A DNA stretch of 64,000 nt from Saccostrea cucullata. Its lineage: Eukaryota. Made by a program: the position numbers and the translations under genes. Where the stretch lies: the NCBI RefSeq assembly GCF_032062105.1, contig NW_026930709.1, positions 248,001 to 312,000 of the forward strand, read 5' to 3'. Position 1 is the stretch's first letter. Every line of letters starts with the position of its first letter. Of the stretch, positions 52,478-64,000 are shown piece after piece. The notes under the pieces were generated by a model that saw nothing but the letters and a program-made list of their open reading frames with translations, was not told the DNA's origin and made no database searches.

Positions 52478-53773
52478 ATTGGAATGCAAAAAAAGGCGGA
52501 TTTACAGAGCTGGATGGTTTCTCTTTTGATACCAATTTATATAAAGGCCAATTATTATGTGCGTTATGCTATCCCAGTCTTCTTTCCGATTTTGTATTTG
52601 CCTATAATGTAATTTGACAATGTAAAACTGAAGAACCCAATAAAATTTTTTTAACTGCAACACATTCTTCTTGCACATTGATTAAATCTATTTAATTTTA
52701 CTTTTCTCACAAAGCAGGTGATAGTCAACATTATATTCAAAATTGCATTTTGACTTTCTCTAAAGCAAAGAGATATAGGTATAAAAATCAAGTTAATGTC
52801 TGTTATTTTTATATCAATAGAACAAATTTCAACAACTTAATAATCATAAAAAAGGAGACAATTTACATTTCCCCCCTATACATGTTACAGATTTTAACCC
52901 CCTTAATTACTCTTAAATGTGACCCTTCTGACTGAATTTGCTTCCAAAATCGAAGCAAACAAAATGGCAGCTTTTACATTGCATAGCAGAAAGGTACTAA
53001 TTAAAACAAGCAAGTGGTAACTGCCTGCACAAAATGGAAAACGTTGCTATGAGGATTCAAGTTTGAAATTTGAAATAATTATACTTATCCATTTCTAAAG
53101 CTGACCATTTGAAAAAAAAAATCTATGTTTATTTCTTACTCCATTAATGGCAAAGTGTCTTATTATAAAACATTCAAGTAATGCTATGAATTTAACCTGC
53201 CTTCTATGCAGATTGCTCTGTTGAGAAGGTTTAGCATTATTAAACCATTGGTCTGTAAATAGTATGGGAAGCAGTAAAACAATGGCTTGTGGATAACAGT
53301 AAGTATTGACTTTTTTAATGTTCACCAAGCATGTATCTCCTTTTTTAAATTAATTCTCTATTTCCTTAGAACCTGAGTATATTTCCACAACATCTTTCAA
53401 TTTCACTGAATCAATTAACAGCTAAAAGTACCATTTATGAGAATAAATAAAGATTGCAGATTTATGAAAATCAAAATATAAATATATATATCATAAATAA
53501 CAAAAATACAAATAAAAAAGAAAAGTTTTTTTTTTATTGGCTCTACATTTACATTATAAGCATACTTGGTACACTTAAAATGCAAAATAAATTTGATAAT
53601 GCTGATTAGACTATCACATTAAAAGTCACCACATTCACATACAAGGCAAAAATACTTTGTTTTACTACTGTTTTTCAGTAGACAACACATTTTGATTCAA
53701 CAAAAAACACAGTTCAATACCCCAGCAACCCCCCTCCCCTTACATAATTTAGCCCCCCCCCACCCTTGTAAAC

Positions 53774-56700
53774 CTATGTTTGCTGTTTGTACACATCATG
53801 CTGTATATTGGCCACAACACAACCAAAGGTGCTCATCACTGTGGGTAGTTCCTGTCCCTCCACCCACGTCTGTTTGCCGTTTTCCTCCTTTAACCAACAC
53901 AGCCCGGCCATCCAACTCTTGTCATCCTCCCCTCCCACAATTAAAATTGTATTGCTGTATTTCACTATTCCTAAAATATAAATTTGTAGATTTACTTCAG
54001 TTTTCTGATAACATTCTTGTAAATTAGACTAGATATAAAATGAATCTCACAAAGTAGTACTCATGAACAAAGCAACTTTTAATTTGACCTTTGATCTAAT
54101 GGAAAAAGCTTGAACTCTACTTGCAGCAAATAAGTTGACTCTATGACTTAGTCTCAAGTTATTAAAGCGATATGAGCTGCATTTTTAAAAATTTTATTTT
54201 GCTGTCAAAATGTATTATTGTGATAAATTTGTATCTAATTTAAACCTTTGTGATCAATTAGATTTTAATAAAGCATTATATTGTTTCTGAAGAAAGACTT
54301 CTTTACATTCGAATATACAGTATTATATAAGAAATCATTATTGTACAGGACGACAATAATGCAATTTTGATTCAATCAAAGCTTATAAATATCTCTTACA
54401 TCATAAATATGAACAACAGAAGTTTATAAACATTCTTTTTTTCTGCCATTAAAATAGATATTTACAATTTTGCAACAAAAAATTCCAACATCAAAGTTGC
54501 AGCTCATATTGCTTTAAATGATCTTGTATACATGAAATGACTGATCAACTCTTGTAAAATGCAATGACTCTTCACTCAATTTTAATTGAAGAAATTACAT
54601 AAAAATGTAAATTTATTAGAAAATCATTAAATTTGATAAAAATATATATATATATTTATATCAATAAAATAAACTATCATTTATGCATAAAATGATTTTT
54701 ATTAATTCTTTTAAACTGTGAAACTAATGTATCAAGGGAGATAACAAAGAAAATTTCCTTGAAATTTAGCAGAGAGAAGCATTCTGAATTGAATAATTCA
54801 TGTTAAAACTTTTCATCAATAAAAAGCTCATTAATTATCATTAGTACCTGCACCACACAGGGCATTAGGAAGCTCCGGTCCCTCACTCCATGTATCTGTG
54901 GCTGGATCAAACACCTCTACTGAACTTACACAGTGCTCAGGGAGAAACTCCTTCTTCCATTTGTCACTGAGTTCTGAATTTCCTCCTATGTATTAAAAAT
55001 ATTGAAATATTTCACAACTCCATTCTAACAAGGAAAGAAGATCTTTTTTTTCTGACCGGAGGAATTTAATAATTCATGCAAAAACTCCATAAGGTTTCTC
55101 AAAATTTAATTTAGAATTTAAATATTTGCAATATCATTAATATTAAATCTGTGTGAATAGAAAATGTCACTCAGCCAGAAAATATACCTTTGATTTCTTT
55201 TTTGAGAAAATTAAGATACAATTTATAGATTTTTTGGTACATGTATATGTGCATTGCTATTTCCTAAATACTGGACTTCACGTTAGAAACTTAAAATTAG
55301 TTTCTTAGCTGTTTCAAATACCTTCTTTTCATAATAGTAAATACTTCATAAAATTCTACTATTCCTTGATTACTGACCAATGACATAAATCTTGTCTTTG
55401 TGAACCACACAGCCAGCCAACACTCTAGCTGTAGACATGGGAGGTAACTCTACCCAGGTATCATCAGCTGGATCATACCTACAATATAATATTTATACAG
55501 GTATACTCACTAAATTCTACTATTTGAGTTTACATATTACTTGCAAAGTTTTAAGTTAAAACACTTTTATCAAAATTTATTTTCAAAAAGCTTGAGCAAA
55601 GAACAAAACTGTTACCAGGTAATATAGAGGCATGTCAAAAGGAGACTTTTTGTTCAATGAACTTGCCAACAAAATCATCATTTTGCAGTATATCACTCAA
55701 AATTTGTATATTTGTACCTATATGCTGTTCTACTGATTTTGTCAGTGGTCTCCCCACCAAACACATAGAGTTTGCCTCTGTAACTTATGCTGGTCATAAA
55801 CCTCAGAGGAATTGCTAGAGGAGCCACCAGTATCCAGGCGTTAGTGTGGGGGTCATAACGCTCAACTGTACTCAGAATTTCTGATCCGTCCTGTCCACCA
55901 ATTGCAAAGGCATACCTGTCAAATTAAAAGAAGTTATTCTAAAATTTGAAATCGATAAACAAATTATATCTGAACAAACAGAAGTCTCTGATGAGACCTT
56001 GGCTCTACTGGTTTGTACTTACAAAGTGCATTATAATAATAAATAAAGATGTATCTCTGTACAATCTACTTGTGTTCAAAGTCTAATTCGACCACACTGT
56101 ATGAGACAAGGCAATCAGAAGGAATTTAGAAAATATTCTATTTTAGTGTTCATGACAACATTGTCAAAAAAAAAAAGAAGATAAATGACAAATAGAACTA
56201 TGTATCTTAGCATGTAGTTTTCTATCAAGTTTTACTGAAATTTGACCAAAACTGAAGAAGAGTAGCATTTAGAATTGATTACAGACAAAATTTATTTCCT
56301 TACTAAAGCATAAGCTCCAGTATTAAAGCTAATATATTATGACTTTGATAAGTCTAAGCTGCATGTGCAGATTGTCTTTTATCATCTTCACTTGCCAAGG
56401 GTTTCTGATCTGAAATCTACTCTACAACTAGATTTCAAACCCTTGGTTAGAAAATATGGTCTTTTATAATTTTTTTCTTCAAAATATCCCATCTTAAAGT
56501 ATTGCAGTTCTTATCTGTTCAAAAAATTTAATTACTGAGAATAAACCAACATTGGTTAAAAATTGTTCATTCATATGACAGTGTGAAATTTTTAATATGT
56601 TCAAAGGTCTATGAGTGACATACAGTGATGAAATTTAGTGACTCATGTAACCTAACTATCAATAAGACATACAAAGTGAATCAAAAAGAAAAATATGAAA

Positions 56701-59700
56701 TACCCATCAACTATAACTAAAGAAAACTGTGATCTGGACATGTGCATTTTGGCTTTTGGTGTCCAGCTCTTCTCTATCTGATCAAAGACATAGAAGTTAC
56801 TGGACACGCCTTCAGTGGTCACTGATCCTCGGTAGTTCAGCTTCCGAATCGATCCCCCCGCCAAGTAAATCTGGTTATCCCCAGTAATGGCGCACCCTGA
56901 AATGGAGTGAAGAAAAAATCAATTAACAAAGATACAGAATAAAAACAGGAAAAATCTAATCAATGAATTAGAATATATTATAATCACACAAGATCACAAA
57001 GATAAATGTGAATGAAAAATAAATGCAATTTCTTGATTTTTCATATAAACCTGCATAGGAAAGTGCAACTTAATGAATACGTTACAAACCTGGGGTATAT
57101 AAACTCTGTGGTAATTTACAAATGGTAATGACTTCTCCAGTTTTAGGTAAAAGCATCTCCATGCTGTTGAACTTCTTCATTTGTTCCTCTGTGTAGGGAT
57201 TGGCAATGATCATCACTCCCGTCTCGTACACCATTCCTCTCCGAGGCATGAGATTCAGGTCCATTTCGTGTTGTCTGTTGCGTAGCATGTGAAAATATCT
57301 CACAGTGTCCAGAATTTTTCTCAGAGATTCACAATCTTTCAGTGTTTTGCACCTGTCAATTCTATCACAAAAGTAATAAGAGCTAATGTTTGCAAATCTT
57401 ACACAATTCATTATTTCCATTAGATGTTCCATTCTGTTGTCTCTGTCCGTCAACAACCATTCCATGCAGGCTTCATAAACCGTCTCCTCATTGGTTACAT
57501 TAATGTCATCATCGCTTATAATCTCCACTAATTTGTCTGAGGGTAAGGACAGAAATTCCTGTTGTTTACACAGAACAGCAAATTGGTTGTTAACAATTTC
57601 TTTGGCTTTTGTGGCCAAGTCAGTGCATTCGTGAGCTTTTGCAAAGAAGTAAACACCAATACAGTTTGAAACAGTGATGTGATTCATCATAAACTCTGCA
57701 CAGCCACTTCTCAGTGAAAGTAACTGAAATCTGTTCGATGCTGACAGTAGATGTTGTACTGTTTCTTCTGAAAGCTTGACCTGGCCAGTGTATATATAGT
57801 CTAGGACTAAACCCATTGTCAATGGATCCAGCTCCTTCAATGTGATTTTGTTTTGCTGGCTTTCTGCCATATTTGTTGAAAACATGGCCATGAAGAAGGG
57901 ACTTGATATAGCAAGAACATTTTTATGACATGGGAATTCTGCTTCATCTACACAGAGTGTCACATCAACAAACTCTTTTTCTTGGTATAGTTTGGAAAAT
58001 CCCTGTAGAAGATTGACTGCCCTCTCTTTATCCACAAACTTGTCTTCAATGGGTGATTCATACTGAGTCGTAGAATCTAACAGGCTCTCCTGCTCCTGGG
58101 TACTTGAGGGATCATCTGGACTACTCATTTTCTCCTGAAATTAGATGGAATTTCCATGTATTAGAGGTATTAACTGATTTTAATTTTACATTTTTTCATC
58201 ATAATGCATTTTGCTGAGTATAGCATATTGCCTTCTAAATGTCACCAAAGACAGATCTATCTTTTAGTGAAATAATGTAATTCAAACTAAAACATTTTCA
58301 TTCAAAACGTTTAAAATCGGACTTTGGTGTGTCAAACCATCGGGGTATGGTGCACCCAAGACCATCGGTACTTTGGAGTCCCATCACACTTTGCAGATGT
58401 ATTAACTGATTTTAAGAAATGCATTTTGATAGCATATTGCCTTCTAAATGAACTTTTAGTGAAATAATATAATTCAAACTAAAACATCAAAATGCATGGA
58501 CAACATAAATAATTTTAGATCAGTAATATTCATGATATTGGTAATAGTGTGACAGGTGACCATTGCTTTATTCCTTATTAACATGTTTGTAAAAATATAT
58601 TAGGGGAAACACAATATCAGGGGACTCTTTGACCAAAATTGGGGACGTTTTGACCATTACTTCGGTTCCCATATGATTTTTTCCAAGAAAAAAAATGTAA
58701 TTAAGGGGGCGCTAAATTCGACCAAAATCAGGGGACGCTTTGACTAAAATTAGGGGACGCGTTTACCAATATTTGGGGGCGGTTTGGGGGGATGTTTTGT
58801 AACATCATTTTACTGTAAAATTCTATAAGGGGCGCTTTGACCAAAATCAGGGGGCATTTTGACCAAAATCAGGGGACGCTTTGACCGGGACGGTTTTATT
58901 AGGGGGCGCTTTGACTGGATTTCATTCATGATATTGGTAATAGTGTGACAGGTGGAGTAAGAAACACAATCAAGAGTTTAAACAAGAAACCAGTACAAGA
59001 ATGGGATGCAACAAGGAAACAATCATAAAAGAGAAAAGACAATCTGTGTTAGGACCAAACAGATCCAGAGCAATCTGTACATTAATTTGGCTTTGAATCA
59101 CCTATATGGCTTTATTTAGTTGTATTAATAAGTAATTCATTTTGTAACATTTACAATTTTCTGATTGTACCAGATATTGGAAAAGCTTTAATGAATACTG
59201 ATGCTTACAATACGAATAAGAAAACATCTTTACAGAGGTAAACAACTGAAAATCATAATGTGATTATCTAACAAAAAAAAAAAAAAAATCAGACGTATTA
59301 AATTTTTTCAAATGTAAGATATTAATGGCCACTTGCACAGGTCTCGGTTAAACCTGGGTCAGTGTAATCCAGGCTTAAGTTTAGCTCAAATTTGTTGATT
59401 CACTTGCACACCTGAAATACTCAGGTGAGATCAGCTCAGTATATTACCCTAGTTCTGAACCTGGCAGTAGGGAGGTTTAAACTAAGGTTTGGCATAGAAC
59501 ATGTAGAATGGATGAATATTTTGATAGAATTGATATGGTGACTATTATGTGGAAAAGCTCATAAGAAGAGAAAAATGTAATAAGAGATAGACAGAATCCA
59601 TTTTTATTTTATTCTGAAAAAAGAAATTGGTATGCACAGTAAATTATCTCCATTTTTCAGACACATTTAGAAAAAAAATATAAGATAATGTAATTCCACT

Positions 59701-60788
59701 CTCCTGCTAAAATTTCTCTGTGTTTCCAAATCTTTTTTTATTACTGGTTGGAAATAAAAAAATTTTTTTATGCAGGGATGCTAAAAATAAAGCAAATTCT
59801 AGAAACTATTCTTGCAAAAAGCGCTCTCGTGTACACCATACAAATCTCCCTAAACTCTCAAAAAACACCCTGTTGCGTAAAAATCTTAATTAATGAAGGC
59901 AATAATTGATTGAGAGGAGAAATAACAGACAGTTTCTTTTGTTTTGGTTCCTGTTGTGCTGTAATTTTTTGTAATATTATTAAATAAGATAATATTGAAA
60001 AAAATATTGGACAAAGCTGAATTTATTACAATTTTTATACAAATGGTTGCCAAACACCAGCAAAATTATTGTTAAGATCATTACTCTCTTTTGCCATTGC
60101 ATTATTAATTGGTCCGCGTTGCAACATTTCATAAATAAAGTTTCTGTTTCTTCAGTATAAGAATGCTTTCCTTTTATTTCAAGATTATCTTTTTCCGATC
60201 TCTGCGATCTTTCACAACATCAGCCTTTGCATGCGCTTTCAAATTTGTCCACAAAGATTTTAATTGTAATACTTCTGGTATTTACACCATGCCTTGCAGT
60301 GAATGCTTTCTCAATACTTTCCCATTCTTTTTTTCTTACAGATCATTCTCCCATCATTTAGTTTAATACTTTCAATGATTGATTTTTCTTTTTCTAACTA
60401 ATTGTAATTTAAGAAGCACAGCCTTTTCCAATTCTGTTAAAATTTGGTGCCTTCTTTGATGTCATATTCAAAATAAATCCTGGTTTAACCTGCATGTAAG
60501 AAATGCTTGAGTGAAAGGTCAGCAACCCAACACCAGCTCACCTGAGTACAAGTTAAAAAAAAAGTTTACCTGATCCTTAGATCAGTCTTTAAGCCCAGGT
60601 TACCTAATCTAAATGTGTGCAAGTGGCCATTAGTGCTTTGACATTGCCACTAATTTTACTGTTTGTAAAATATTTACTTTCTGCAAGATGTAAAATCCTT
60701 AATATTTTTTCCTAAAACATAAACTAAATCAATTCCGAATTTCCTCTATGATGAACGCAGTACTTACCATTAAATCACACTCTAACAT
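53774..60788 (-). CDS. Kelch-like protein (BTB-BACK-Kelch, putative CUL3 substrate adaptor), ~621-630 aa
   Basis: Exons (minus): probable first exon ending 60768 (in-frame MLECDLM from 60788), then 57090-58134, 56704-56896, 55718-55915, 55378-55478, 54848-54985, 53774-53970; phases consistent. BTB motif DVTLCVDEAEFPCHKNVLAISSPFF, a BACK domain, and Kelch repeats (YAFAIGG...VERYDPHTNAW; LYVFGG; IYVIGG). If the first exon is not coding, the start is 58128. Confidence 0.92.
58600..58925. repeat. Array of ~20-bp GGGGACGCTTTGACCAAAAT units (MITE-like) lying between 30-bp direct repeats
   Basis: About 9 degenerate units. ttcatgatattggtaatagtgtgacaggtg occurs at ~58529 and ~58925. Confidence 0.7.
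59326..60629. mobile_element. Internally deleted PIF/Harbinger transposon in Kelch intron 1
   Basis: TIRs TGGCCACTTGCACA with TWA-type flanks (taa / tta). Minus-strand frameshifted Myb/SANT-like remnant (MTSKKAPNF..LEKAVL..LVRKEKSIIES..LWTNLKAHAKADVVKDRRDRKK, ~60180-60465). Plus-strand transposase N-terminal remnant IRDRQNPF (~59580). Confidence 0.8.
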
Positions 60789-60789
60789 A

Positions 60790-61233
60790 TGATAAAGAAC
60801 ACATGCAGCTAAAACAACTATTCGTTAACAATGGTTATCCTCAAATATAGGCCCATTTTACACAATTATCTTCAATTTCGGTCAAAAACAGCATTTTTGT
60901 TTTCTTTCTAAAAACCGGAAATAGTCGAGTAACTTCCCTTTAAAAGTAGTCCATACCAAATTCCTACATTATGCATTTGATTTTAAAATTTAATGATATG
61001 AAAAAATCGCAAAGCTCAAAGTTTAAAAAACAGTTTTAATTATTCATAATATACAAAAGATTTAATTTTATGCAATAATTTTCATTCTAATCATAGACTA
61101 TATTTTTGAAGTTTCAATGCGGAAGGACATTGCTAGGTCGTGCACCTTGGTAACCACGTAAACTCTTTACTGTGTTGGTTTCAGTCAATGTTGATGTGGT
61201 AGTGCATAACCGGGATAGACCAAAAAATAAGCA
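60790..61233. promoter_or_regulatory. Putative bidirectional promoter of the Kelch-like gene and EFHC2
   Basis: Head-to-head starts ~446 bp apart. ETS-type ACCGGAAAT at ~60913-60921. RFX X-box-like tgcaccttggtaac at 61141-61154. Confidence 0.6.
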
Positions 61234-64000
61234 ATGGCATTACCGTTTCTCCCGGGAAACTCTTTCAACAAAAGCGTAAGTAATATAAGATATATTTTTT
61301 ACTTAGTTTGTAATTCTAAATCTTAATAAACTTACGAGAAATGTGTTAGAGGAATAGAAATGGGATAAGTGTTTTCTGATTGCAGCATGTGTTGATAGCA
61401 GATGCATTTTTCAAATTAACAACATTGAAATAAATCTGTTGCATTTTATATCATCTTTTAAAAATATATACGTCTAATATCTTACATATGCATAAAAATC
61501 ATATTGTGTTCCATAAATTCCAGCTTGGTAAAACAAAATATCACAAATCTCACCATTTTGACTACAAAAATGAAGTTTCTATGCTGGTTGGAGAGGAGAA
61601 ACCTGGTATAGGTGGTGAGCTCCTTAGGGGTCAAAAAATAAAACCACAAAACACAGTCTTCCCAAAGGGAGAAGGAAGCAACTTGCCTGCATGGGTGGCC
61701 TTTGACAGACAGGTCCTGTGTTTTGATGCATATTTCCAAGAGGCTGTTTACGAGAAACGTGAAGAACAGTACAGAGTTCGTAACTGCAAGATCTATTTCT
61801 ACTTAGAAGATGATTCCATTCAAGTCATTGAACCAAGAGAAAAGAACAGTGGAGTACCACAAGGTAAAAAATAAGACACACTCAACTGTTTTGCAAATGA
61901 TTTTCTTACTTGAAATTAAAGTAGATCCTTGCTTTGTGTCATTATCATACATATCATCTCTTTTTCTCATAATCTTATTTTGCGACTGTTAAATCGACAT
62001 TAATGATCACAAATACCATATCAGAAGAGAGTTATTCCTTAAATCAGAATTTTTCAGTGTCATATATTTGTTAGTTGCACAGATCCCCAAAATTAAACCC
62101 AGGCTATGAAATTCATTTTCTTGATTTACAACAGGCACACTTATCCGAAGACACAGAATCCCCAAACCAGCTCCACATGATGATGAGTACTACACTGCCG
62201 AGGACTTTAACATTGGCTGTGAAATCAACCTTTACTCTAAAGTTTTCAAGATCACAAATGCAGATGATTTCACAAAGAACTTCCTCAGGAAAATGGGAGT
62301 CAGAGTCAATGAACCTGATAACAAACCAGAAAACCCATATACCAAATATAGGAAAGCTGTAAGTATTTCAAAGATGATTCAGCCCATTTAAAACCTAACC
62401 AAATGCTAACTGAAAACGATCTACGATTTGGTGTGTGTTTTTAAAAAAGTTATTGAAATATCCTTCTGAAAAATGACAATACCAATTAATCATCAAGATT
62501 TGTTTCAATAAACAATTCTAAAAAAAGATAATGCATATAAACTCACCTAGTATAATGTGTTTTCTCCCAGATGGATGAAAGCATGCAGCCACTCAGACCC
62601 TATGAGAAGCATGACACACTAAAACAATTCTTGGACCATGATCGTCACGTCTTACGCTTCTTCTGTTACTGGGATGACACGGACAGCATGTTTGGGGATC
62701 CGCGGGAACTGGTGCTCCATTACTTCTTGGCTGATGACACGATTGAAATCCGAGAAGTCATTCCTGCCAACTCTGGTAGAGATGCTGCCCCAATGTTCCT
62801 CAGGCGTGGAAAGCTTCCCAAGAACATTGAATCCCTCCGCCAGCCAGGAGAAATTACAGACAGGACTGTACTGAATGTATTTGGTCCAACTGGTCATGGA
62901 GGCAGATATATCTTAGATAGCTTAAAGGTACATAATTGAAGTTGTAAATATAAATAGATGTATGATATTTGCTCTTGTCAGATTGACAAAATTTTTTTTT
63001 AGTCAAATATGGGCTATGAGAAATAAAATTGAATGTATAAAACTTTTTAATATTAAATGTTACAGACAGGAGCAGTGAACACAGACTTCTACAGAGACAG
63101 TGATCTAACACTAGGATCTGTACTCAATGTCTGGGGAAGAAAAATCTTACTGTGTGATTGTGACGATTTCACAAAGGAGTACTATCGCACCAAGTATGGA
63201 ATTGGTAAGTGGAAACAATAGATCACATTTAAAAGCATGAAAATTCTGTTTTGTTTTAAGGAATTTCAGCAAATATCTTTCAGACTATGTCATTATCTAG
63301 AAATTAGAATCATACTTTTAATACCTTTTCAGAGGACTTCTCATCTGTCCAATACAAGAAGAACACCGGTGGAAATCCTCCACGTCAATTCCCTCCCTAC
63401 AATGGATGGGGAAGTGAGGAGGACTCCCTCTGCTCTTGTATGGGTCTCCTTCCCAAACCTCCCAAGAGGGACTTCATCAAGTTTATGGAGAAGGACAGAC
63501 GTGGACTTGACAGCAATGTCCTCCGTTTCCTGGCCCGTATGGACACATCCAAACCCATCGACCAGGAGCGACGCTTCATCATCTCCTACTATCTGTCTGA
63601 TGATACCATCTCAGTCTTTGAACCTCCTGTCAGAAATTCAGGTAATTTGTTATAAATAAACAGGGAACAGAAAGAGTTTCATTTTTTCTTTAGAAATTCA
63701 TGAAAAAGTGCCAGAAAATATCACTGCTAAAATATATTAACTAAATAATGAACAGATTGATTCAAAGACACTGAAATTTTACATTGAATTAACAAACCAT
63801 CGATCTATTTATTTGCACAAAGTTTTAAAAAAACATTTTAGAAAGAGAAATAAATTCAGTATTGATTAAACTCTGCTCTTGAATATTTTTGAAAATTCAC
63901 AAGTTACCTCCCTTTTGGCAGGAATCATTGGAGGTAAATTCTTGGAGAGGACCCGGATTAAGAAGCCTAACCAGCAGGCCTACAGTACAGAGATGTCCCA
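61234..64000 (+). CDS. EFHC2: EF-hand domain-containing family member C2 (DM10-domain ciliary microtubule inner protein), 3'-truncated by the window edge
   Basis: Exons 61234-61275, 61524-61863, 62135-62358, 62571-62927, 63066-63204, 63333-63641, 63922->64000, phase-consistent. N-terminus MALPFLPGNSFNKSLGKTKYHKS...EKPGIGGELLRGQKIKP...PAWVAFDRQVLCFDAYF matches the EFHC2 type; three DM10 domains are visible. Confidence 0.93.

Noticed and set aside
53774-58128. Assigning a specific KLHL gene symbol
   Set aside because: The domain architecture is clear, but orthology cannot be determined by eye.

Overview
AT-rich, intron-containing animal genomic DNA. The repeat content (V-SINE-like, Helentron/HINE-like and Penelope-like remnants) suggests a bivalve mollusc, probably an oyster; this is inference. 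The main content is a tandem, co-oriented (minus-strand) array of five strongly diverged TNF-superfamily ligand genes across ~2.8-52 kb. I rebuilt each one exon by exon with consistent intron phases, and label them TNF-A to TNF-E (working names; 328, 313, ~304, 312 and 312 aa). All are type II membrane proteins with a C-terminal TNF homology domain (THD). TNF-A and TNF-B lack the E-F strand cysteines, carry a different conserved cysteine set, and share a kappaB plus double GC-box promoter module. TNF-C, D and E have the E-F cysteine pair. TNF-D has ectodysplasin-like architecture (polybasic/furin stretch, CxC, short collagen Gly-X-Y, THD) with a GC-AG intron. TNF-E has the same exon scaffold as TNF-D but no collagen or furin module. 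Beyond the array are a BTB-BACK-Kelch gene (minus) and EFHC2 (plus, runs off the window), head-to-head ~450 bp apart. Intergenic and intronic DNA is full of transposon relics: a dead Tc1 (DD34E), a 9.2-kb foldback element with ~780-bp inverted arms holding many nested insertions, HINE/Helentron-like satellite carriers, a Harbinger relic, SINEs, Penelope fragments and MITEs. There is also a possible multi-exon pseudogene between TNF-C and TNF-D. All gene models were built by eye and need RNA-seq confirmation.
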